Shown: piece by piece, positions 53,827 through 64,000 of the stretch
How the letters are laid out: each line of letters begins with the position of its first letter
How positions within the stretch are numbered: position 1 is the stretch's first letter
Assembly: GCF_006345805.1 (NCBI RefSeq)
Contig: NC_043010.1
Span: forward strand, 64,356,001 to 64,420,000
Origin: Octopus sinensis
Taxonomy: Eukaryota
Direction of reading: 5' to 3'
Length of the DNA stretch: 64,000 nt
Program-made: the position numbers and the translations under genes
The notes under the pieces: model-generated
What the model was told of the DNA's origin: nothing
The model's input: only the letters and a program-made list of their open reading frames with translations
Databases searched by the model: none

Positions 53827-56000
53827 TATTGTGGCGAGCTGGTAGAATCATTAGTATGCCAAGTAAAATAGTAAGCAGTATTTTCGTTCGACCTTATGTT
53901 CTGTGTTCAAATTCCGTCGAAGTCGATTTGCCATTTCATCATTTCGTGGTCAATAAATTAAGTATCAGTTGAACACTGGGGTCGATGTAATCTATTTACT
54001 TCCTTCCTCGATCTTGCTGGCCTTGTGCCTAAATTTGAAATCATCATTATCATTATAGCAAATGCATATATTGCCTCGGTGGTGTACTATCGCCTAACTG
54101 TCGTACCTTGTCCTAAGACAACCTATATCAGATTGAATTGCTTATTTTTTTGATTCTTATGGTCAGAAAAACCAATTGATGCCGGCATTCACACTGTGGT
54201 AGTCTTGGGATGACATCTTTGAGGATGAAGTGCCAAGTCTTAAAGCTGTATCACCTACAGAGATATGTAAATCACAGCGATGATGTGAACGACGGCAGGG
54301 AAAATAAGAAGGAGCTTTTCTGCAGCATTTCTTGTTGACAGAACTCTAGTCGTGGATCAAACGAAGACCAAATTTGAGTATTTGGCATCTAGAATATAGC
54401 CAGGAACTCATTGAATTGCATTAGCTGCACAAAACCATTAACGGGAAAACACCTCAAGATCTCTGGGGTGCGGAGCTAGTTGAGGGTGTGAGCGATGATG
54501 GTTTAGGATTGAATCTAGGCCTTGACAGAAGATCTTCGGGTCGATGTTCATGGACAATTTCTAAAAGTCTTTGGTATAGCAGTACTACAGTGAGACATTG
54601 CCTGTTAGAGAATAACTCTTCAGGCATGGAAGATCCAAAAGCTGAGCCTGCTTGAGGTGCATGCAGGGGGACGAAACCGTCTTGCATGCAATAATTCAGT
54701 GTCCGTACATTGGAGAAAGAAATAATATCTGACATTCAGCACATCTCGAGAGCCAAGCGAAAGACATCTTCTCTATCCATCGTATTAGGAAGGAGGACTG
54801 TGAGAGTGAAGATCTCAAGAATTCCACCTGAGTTAAATTTATGGTGGATTTTAGCGTGCGTCGTATTGGGAGGGAATAACAGCCGCCTCGAAGTGAAGCG
54901 AACCCGTCGTGGAAATTGGTCTGGGATTAGTGTGAAGGTACTACTCTACATTAAACCAGACACAATCCACAAGATCCCAGATCTCTTTGGTATTCTTGGA
55001 GAAGAAGTGCTGCATCTTACAGTTGATGTTAGAAGGCCATGGCACAACCTACGTGGAGGTTGGGGGGTTGGCCACTTGAAAGCTTTCTCTTCTAAACAGA
55101 AGATAGGGAACAATAGGGCCTACTTATTGTCAATACCAGGTCCCCACAAGCCACAAGTCAATACCAGGTCCCCATAGGCCACAAGTCAGCTATCAGCGAA
55201 CAACAATAAAGGCTGCAACAACTCTGGAAACAACAGCATCATCAACAAGAACAACAAAATCAGCAAATGCTGGAAGAAACCAAGGAATACAACAACATCA
55301 ACAATACCAATAACGCGAGTAACAGATGCACCACCACCACCACCCTCAGCAGAAAGAATAATTATAACGTACACCCGACACTCAGGGTGTCCCTTTCAAC
55401 GAAGCCCGGCCTCTCCTGTCCCCACTCCATCTCCTTTAAGGTCAAATACATACAGACTTGCACCCTGATTCTACAGATTCTGATACCTCTGCAACACAAA
55501 GTGAAAACGAGGGAGAAAACCCACCTGAAAAAGAAATATAAAAAGCATAAAGTATCATTCCCCTCGCCAACGCACGCCAAAATCCTCGAAAATATGCTCA
55601 CAACATCCACAAACACACCTACAGCAACGCCAACCTCTCTTGTACTACGATTACCAACACATCCACCGCTATTACAACCATCTCCACCAATACTAGCAGC
55701 ACTGCAACAATTCACAAAAAGAAAACACCCCAAGCAATAACAACCAATCACAAACACAAAACTTAGTGCTCGTGAGGAGGGTTCTCACAGCATGAAGGAA
55801 AGAAATATATATATATATATATACATTTATATATATATATACGTTTTTTTTCTCCTTGTTTTTCTGTGTCCCTTTCTGTAGAAGAGCGTAGGCTCGAAAC
55901 GTAAAAGATTTTTTCTATTCCTGAGCGTTATACTAATACATCTGTTTGTTTTGTACACCACCTGTCTTTGTCTTTTGTTTTTATCGTAAACTCTCCCTAC

Positions 56001-56075
<75 letters not shown>

Positions 56076-58864
56076 AGATCGTCGGCGCCACCACCATTCT
56101 AGTGACAGAAACATTAATGATAGTGTGTATGACTGTTGAAACATTTAAAAGCATTAGGGAACTCCTAATGTAAAATCTACGGATTGGCAACTCCTAATGT
56201 AAAAGCCATGAGTAGGCCTTTAACAGGGTTCCCAAAGAAACCCTAAGATATGGAAGTTGAACCACCTGACCTTCAGCGGCACTTGGTGAGTATGTAGGCC
56301 TAAGTTTTCCTCCAAGCTCTTTCCGATCATCATGGTGGGCTTAAGAGTGAGTTGTACAAATGTTCATGACTTGCCCTGGAATCAAGGTTATCTGCTCAAC
56401 GATCTCAGGTTACTAACGACGGATGTGAAGGCTGTCAGCAAAACCAGGACTTCTGACACAGCGATCTAACACCTATTTTCGACAATTTTAAGATTTACGA
56501 ATCTTTTGGCTTGGAATGGGAAAAAGAGCGGCAGTGCTGTTTAGCAAAGGCCTGCATTTCGAGGTATGGCAGATCCTCCTGGGCCCGGATGGTAAGTTGA
56601 TGGCCCTAGATGTAAGCAATAGCGAAGGTAGTGTTTTTAGATTAGTCGCTCTGTACATCCCAACTGTTTCACTAATGGTAACCACATCTAAATCAAGAAA
56701 CCTGAGATCGTTGAGTAAGTGTCCTTGCTTCCAAGCTGATCCCAAGCCACGCACATTCACGCTCCAACTCTCATCATAGTCGTGCTAGTTGGAGAAAGAA
56801 AAGAGGTCGCTCTCCTTGATTTTCGAGAATCCCGGAAGTTGCAGGCCTCTCTGTTGGCAAATGTTTTTTAAAAGGCCCTCCCAAAAGCCTTTTGTCAATT
56901 GATTTTTAAAAATCCCACACTAATTAGGAATTTTTCGCTGAGTGTTTTTAAAAGTCTGAGGACATTTTAACTAATAATCTGTCCTTCGGAGTTTGAAGAT
57001 GAAATCCTTAAATTCCTTTCCCTGTGTTGTAATTTTGATTTTATTTTCATTTACAAAATCCATCAATTCACTGTTGCATTTGTTCACAAAGTGAAATTGA
57101 TGAATACATTTCACCTAAAATTGAAAGTATTTTCTTGTTTTTGCAGTTTCATTATTGGCTGTTTCTATGTTTTCAAGTTATTGTTGAAGATGCTCCTGTT
57201 TTTGTAAAAGTTGTCGTTGTTATTTTTGTTGGAGTGGTTGCGAATTGGGTTGCAGTAGTGGTGTTTGAGTTTCTTTTTGCTGTGTTCTTGGAGCAGGTAT
57301 ATGTACTTTCCTCCCCTTTCGTCTCTTCTTTTTTTTTGTGTTAATGATACATTATTCGGTCTGCTCTTCTCTCTCCATATCATTGCTGTTGATGTTGGTT
57401 CGGGAGGCAGGACGTCCAGGTGAAGCTTGATTTCCGTGGTAGCCGGGAGTAGATTTCTTTGTATTGGTGTGGGCAAAGGAATCTTGAGCACGTCTTCATG
57501 ATTTTGTGTTTTTGTGGTGGTTGTGGTGTTGGTAGCAGTGGGAGTTTTGTTTTCCTTGCTTAAGTGCAGAAAGCCTTTAAATGGTTCACATATATGGCAT
57601 CTTGGTTGACAGGTGAGTACCATCCGGGAGGCCTATTAGGTTAGGTAGCTCGTCGATATAGGTTTGCATACATTGTAATGTTAGTTTCATACCTGTACAT
57701 GACCAGTTTTGTTGAGGTATTTTCTTTACCTCCAAGATAGTCACGTTGTCTTCCTCTATACTTGCCAAGACGGCGGCCACTAACCATCGGGCAACATATC
57801 CATCTGGCGATGGATATTTCTGGCGATATTTCACATTCGTCACCACAGCTTTAGCAAGGTGTTAGCTGCAATAGCTTCAATCGTCCCAAATTTCTTTCCT
57901 CGGATGATGTGGGTCTTCTGTTGTCATGCACATTCAAAGCATTTCTGGATTTGGCTTTCAGAAACATTTTTCATTCGGAGCGATTTTACTCCAATGCAGC
58001 AGTATGTAACCAAGTATCTCAAGATGTTTCCGATCACGTCGAGTGGAGAGTTTTGGGCAACTTTTCTTCCATTTCTTTGAACGATTTTTTGGGCCAATTT
58101 CAATTCTTCTTCGTCAATGGGGAAATCTTCAAGATTTCTCGTAGCATTTACAAAAAAAAAAATAATAAAATTTTAAAAAATCCTAATTCCAGGATCCCTT
58201 GCTGCTTTTGCGGCTGCAGCGGAGACTGTTGTGGCGTCTATGGCGGTAGTGATGTTCACGTTTCCTTTAAAATTTTCTTTGTTTATCTTTCCTTCTTTAA
58301 CTTTCACTTCGTTATTATCGGTATTGCTGTTGACGTTGTTGTTGTTGTCATCGTCACCATCGTCTTCATATGTTTTGTTTAATTGCTACTTCACTGTTTC
58401 AGCATTGTTTAGAGACGAAGATGTATTCAACTCGGTTTTCTTTTTCGCTGGCACGGTGGTCACATACTGTAGTCAATGGTATGCCAGTATTCTCTTTTTT
58501 CTCTGACAAGGAACGCACCCCATCGTCGAACATTATAATGACTTCTTTATCAGCCATGTTTCAATATATATGGAAAATAAGAAAATATTTGTCTTCTCCA
58601 TTAGTTGGCGAAAAAAAAAAATGATGCGCATCCCCTGCAAAACAGAATGCATTTCTAAGCAAAAATACTATTAGCGCAGTCCAGGCAATGTCAGAAACAA
58701 GGTGGTGATAAAAATAACAAAAGAACGGTGCCTTAGAATTCCGAAAAAATTATGAACACTACTACAACTTACTGAGCTTCGAGTTACCGTGTCTCCCTAG
58801 TAGGGCGGCCATAAAAATCATACTTACTACTACTACTACAACTACTACTACTATTACTACTAAT

Positions 58865-60230
58865 GATTTATTTTATTTGACACCAGAGCAAAGGATGCGG
58901 GAACAATACATAGACAGACTTAAAATGTGGGGATTTACGTATAAAGGAATGATTAAAATAAAAAAGAAAAGTATTATGCTATACATTAAAAGAAGGTAAG
59001 TACACATAGTATACGACAGTAGAAGAAAGAAAAAAAAATGTGATAGTGATGGGTTCCTCCCTGATACAGTAGGACCTCTAGGGATAACCGTGGAACTCCG
59101 CCATCCAAGATCTCCCTGAATGCGAAGAACAAGTGCCTTCTCCAACCCCTTTCCTCTGACTTATGGGTCTACATTTAGAGCAGTACCATTCTTGCCATTT
59201 TCACAACTTTCACCCACCGTTCAATAAATTCACTCGAGGACAGCACCTGCCTCTTCACTCTTTTTTGAAGTGAAACTTGAAAAAGTCTATATGGGCTTTA
59301 CAGAAGAGGAATGCCTCTGTCCACATTCCTTTCAGCCTCATCAACCAGACAACATCTTTTGCCACAGCTACCAGACAAAGGAAAACTGCCTTGCCTGCCC
59401 AATAGACTCAACCAACAGATAGATCCATTCCACACGCAACAGCTGCTGTCCAACATAAATCCACAAGTTAGCAATTACAGGGCACTGTACGAGTGCATGC
59501 AGAACGGTTTCGTCGCTCCATGCGCACTCTGGACAAGCCCGTCTGACAGCATATGCGTGCCTGTAGAGTTTATCTCAAATCGGTAGCGCCACCTGGTAGC
59601 ACTGCCAAGCCATAGACATCTGGAAATTATCTATAGTAGTCCCTGACCGAAAAGTCCTCCGGAAGTTCGTTTTCGTTGACGTTTTCGTTCATTTTCATTG
59701 ACGCTCAGAGTCTACCCGAAAGCATGTCGTCACACTTCACCGCTACTAATCCTCTCTATATAACTATAGTGGGACATCCACCAATCCTATTACCCGACCG
59801 GTAGAGGGCAGTGTGTGCCTAACAACATTATAGGTACCGGGCACCCAGTCTTGGTCTATCTTTCATCCATTTCTGGATAAGACTGACCACACTTTTCGAC
59901 ACCGCGTCCCAGTTTTTATCCACCTGGAGCAGTTTAACTGGTTCGTCAGTCCAGTGTTCGACGGCATTGACTTGCCTCTCCAGCCCACCAACTTGTCGGC
60001 ATTGATTTTGGCACCTGCAACCAACTCATATTCCTTTAGAATGGAGCCGGCCTTCTCCGCTTCGGAGGCTTCAAAAGAGATGACAGCGGGTAACCCTGAT
60101 GGAGCGAGCGTGTGATGCTAAATGATTACGATAGACAGCCGTTTAATTTAACCACTGAGCAGGTGTTTCGCCGCTAACCCGTCAGTCGTGATGCCTTTAT
60201 TTATGGCTTCTTCTAGTCTACTAGCTAGTT
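58865..60230 (-). mobile_element. Decayed Tx1/L1-like 3' fragment
   Basis: About 59479-59535 encodes CPECAWSDETVLHALVQCP on the minus strand, the same motif as 3417-3476. An A-rich tail lies near 58868. Confidence 0.6.
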
Positions 60231-60730
60231 CCTCCCCTAATCTATTTCTATTTACAGAAAATACCGAACTGTCTTACATAGGATGTTGTTTTTAGGAAAT
60301 CCCAATAAGTTATGAATACCCAAATTATGAAGTCAGTTACATAATAACACAAATTAGTTACACGATTGTAAGAATTCAAATAAAGTAGCCCCGAAAAGGG
60401 CTTTAATGCGTTTACAAGAGTATATAGAACTTTGGAAGAAATACCAATAAGGTATGTATACCAAAATCATGAAGTATGTTACATAATAACAGGCTAACCA
60501 GATATCAGATAACAGTTCAAAGTAAATAACTCTGAAAAAGGTTTTTGTGCGTTCCCAGAGAATATTGACCCCAGGAGCGCTAGTGTTGAATCAGATTTAC
60601 AATGAATGTAGAAACAGTCTGAAATTTAGTTTTATAGTAGACATACAAATAAATTTGCATATAGATTTAAAAATAAAACAGCATGTAGATTATCAATACA
60701 TTTACAACTCTTTCGAAAACATCAATGCAA

Positions 60731-61530
60731 CTATCAATATGAATTAAGAAAATGTTCCTACATGTAAACAGTGTGTGAATTGTATGAATACAGTGCAGAT
60801 TGCAATGTTATTGATAGATAAATGGCGATTTCCGTCTGCTTGTGTGGTTGGTTATTACATAGAGTACATCGTTACAAAACATTAACACAACTATCAATAT
60901 AAATTAAGGTGTATATGTAAACAAGGTGTGACATTTTTGATGACAGTGCATTTGTCTAAAAGTGGAACAGTTCTTCATGCAGCGCCTGCCAATTGGCTGA
61001 AGTGACATGAAAGGCACAGTCATTCACGGTATATTTGTGAATAAGTCACAAACCGAAGTAAGTGGATCTATTGTTGAACGCTTTTGCCGCAGTTTTTGGG
61101 CGTGCACTGATCAAGAACTCAAATTTGATCTTTTTTAAGAAAGTGTTCCTACATGCAAACAGCGTGTGACCTTTATGACACTGCAATGACCAGTGGGCGG
61201 AAAAGAAAGATAAGGGATTTTAAATGAGTCATTTTTCCTTGGCCATTAAAGAAAAGCAAAGGGTGCATGTTAAGAAAAAACATAATACAGTTATCAATAT
61301 GAATTAAGAAAATGTTCCTACATGCAAACAGTGTGTGAACTGTATGAATACAGTGCAGATTGCAATGTTATTGATTGATAAATAAAGATTTCTGTCTGCT
61401 TGTGTGGTAGATTGTTACATAGAGTATATTGTTACAAAACATTAACACATCTGACAATATAAATTAAGAAGGTGTTCCTATATGTAAACCTTTGTGATGA
61501 CTGTGCATTTGTCTAAAAGCAGAACAGTTC
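60731..61530 (+). repeat. Degenerate direct repeat of about 240 bp (about 60731-60975 and 61291-61530) with internal subrepeats
   Basis: tatcaatatgaattaagaaaatgttcctacatgYaaacagtgtgtgaa occurs twice, with further partial copies near 60892, 61143 and 61455. Confidence 0.75.
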
Positions 61531-62856
61531 AAATTGCGAAAATATCTCTAACTGTTCAAATACGAAGAAATAAGCATACTCAACTTGATTTATACCAAAT
61601 AAAATCACTGACTGACGATTTCTAGTAAGAAAGTCCTCGTAATGTAGAATGTTTGTTTAATAAATCGAGAAGTATTTATTATATATGTTTTCATTTATTA
61701 TATATAGGAAAATGAATGGATTATTTCCCTTGGCGAGTATTGCTGATCCCTTCTAGGGGCACTAGCTATCCTATTATAGATTTTTTGAAATTAAACTTCA
61801 ATGAGTCTAGTAACAAACTGGATGCTACTTTAGCATGTTTGCAAAGTTTCACGAAAATTCGCTAATGGGTGTAGACGGCAACTTGACACAAACAGACAAA
61901 CAAACAGAAAACTTGCTTTTATATATGTATAAGATGACAGCCAAAACTCAGGATCTTTAGTCAGACACAACTTTATGTATAGATGTACCTGAAGAGACCC
62001 TGACTGCAAAATTGATGCAACACAACATATTGATCGGAGTCCCACCCATAAGGGACAAGAGTAGGGTGGGTTGAAACAACCATTGTACAAAATAAACATT
62101 AACACCAAACCCATTTTCTCGTTACTTAAGAAAATGTTATTATCTCAACAACACTGCAGAGTTTCTGAAGTAGATCCAACGGAAATATACCCCGACTACG
62201 GATGATACCAGGTAGCACAAACTGTGCCAGTGCTCTATTGAGTACTTCAACACACTAATTGACACACACACATTACTCCAAAATACAAAACACACACACA
62301 CACACAAGTGTATCGGCTGTACTCAGGTACTCAGTCATTTTTCATTACTTTATAAATGCACGTTCTTTCAATATGATTGCATTTTATGTTATAGCTCTAT
62401 GTTTTCCCTTATTCATGTTCGAGCTGTTTCATTTCATATTGCATGCCTTGCCAGCATTCTCCCCACATGCATACTATATGTATATTTGCACATATACACT
62501 ATAAAAGTATATGATACAATGATATCAAACCAATGTAAAACATGCTACCTTAAAGATAGCATGTATACACTAGAATAGATAGTGGATGGCTAAAACATTT
62601 AATTCAAAGGTTCAGCTTTGTCACACAGTACCACGATGACTCTGTGAGGATTATGTTACGATGCTGGGCTGTGGGGATCGAACCCAGAGTTTCGTGATTG
62701 TGTAACCATCCTAATATATATGACCCTATGGCAGTTTGGTCCCTGTATTATTCTCTTCAAACTTAATGATCTTCTCTGTATAATGTATGTCCCCACTGAA
62801 ATTATTTCACTATGGAATGTATCTGCTATCATAAAATGCTTTATTTATAATTTCAG

Positions 62857-62991
62857 CATGTGCACCCGGGACTTATGGTTATGATTGTACAGGAGTTTGC
62901 AACTGTCGTGATAATGCTACTTGTTACATAATGAATGGTAACTGTTCAAATGGATGCGAAATCACCTACACAGGAGCTGATTGTCAGACTC
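62857..62991 (+). CDS. Exon D, 8-Cys EGF-like module outside the recent duplication
   Basis: Acceptor taatttcAG, donor GTAAGT, 135 nt, phase 1-1. Translates CAPGTYGYDCTGVCNCRDNATCYIMNGNCSNGCEITYTGADCQT. Confidence 0.9.
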
Positions 62992-63054
62992 GTAAGTATT
63001 TTCTTATTAATGTAAGCATTATGATAGTGCTGATGATGGTGATGATATATCTAT

Positions 63055-63096
<42 letters not shown>

Positions 63097-64000
63097 TATT
63101 ATAAATCATATATACATACATAGATAGATACATACATACACATATATTATAAATCATTTTATCCTACACAGGTAGAAATATAGGAAAAATAGAAGTTGAA
63201 AATGCACCAAGAATAGTTGAAATATTTTTTATTGATATATTTAAAGCTTTAACCGGTTTCACAGTTTACAATGATTTACAAAAAGCTCAAATAGAAAGAC
63301 GTGGCTTATGTCGCAGCTGTCTTGCTTCTGACTAGTGTTTGAAGCTTTCCTATTTTTATAGGGAGTTCATGGCTCAAACTAGTATACGTCTTGAACAGGA
63401 TTTGATAGGTACAGGATAGTCACATGACTTTGCTAGTATCAAGTGTCAATGTTTGGTGTCGTAAGTTAAGGCTGACACGTTTAACTGAATAAGTTCAAAC
63501 AATCAAAGCTCTGAATGTTTTTTGTCAAGTGTTTGTAGAGAATGAACACATGATTAAGTTTATAACCGTTTGTACGTCTCCTGCTATGTTCGTGCATTTG
63601 TTCTAAATAGATGGCTGACACGGTTGAGTGAACATGTTTAGTTATAATCAAGGCACTCCAAATTTACTCTGTCTGGCGGGAGAGTAGACAGGAGTCGTTT
63701 GTATGTAGTCCAGGGGCAACAATTTAGGTTGATAGCTGTGTAGCTTCATCATGATATGTGGCAGAATGAATTTTGTGTGTGAATAGTTATTTGTGTATGT
63801 ACTCTGTTAAACTTTGTTTAGTCTTGGTTTTTACTTTTGTATGAAAGTATTTTCTTTGTTTATCTGTGCTTCATCTGTAATATTCGCTGAACATAGGTAG
63901 AGTGAGAAGACCTGGAATTTCAGTGACTTACTTTTTGAACATTGGTCTATGTGACCACTCAGTGGAATCTGTCTACTACTAGGGTCTCGTAGCTGTTGTC

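Overview
AT-rich, transposon-dense animal genomic DNA. The tRNA-derived SINEs, Dong/R4-like LINEs and microsatellite load suggest a mollusc, probably an octopus; this is an inference. The window lies inside one large + strand gene that the ORF track misses. Eight small internal exons (132-135 nt, all AG..GT, all phase 1-1) each encode one 8-cysteine EGF/laminin-EGF-like module of the MEGF10/SCARF type, in the order A1-B1-C1-A2-B2-C2-A3-D. Seven of them sit in a recent tandem duplication of a three-exon unit that includes the introns. The main signal is that paralogous exons differ at 8-21% of nucleotides, almost all non-synonymous with every Cys kept, while the adjacent intron stretches I counted differ at only about 0-3%. 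This points to diversifying selection on an expanding extracellular receptor or adhesion domain. The introns carry many elements: a Merlin transposon, two tRNA-Trp-primed Gypsy-type LTR elements, mariners, a Helitron, a nest of (TAA)n-associated Dong/R4-like LINEs (one with a 1004-aa open frame), Tx1/L1-like fragments and SINEs. Several have empty sites in the paralogous unit. All divergence figures are hand counts.
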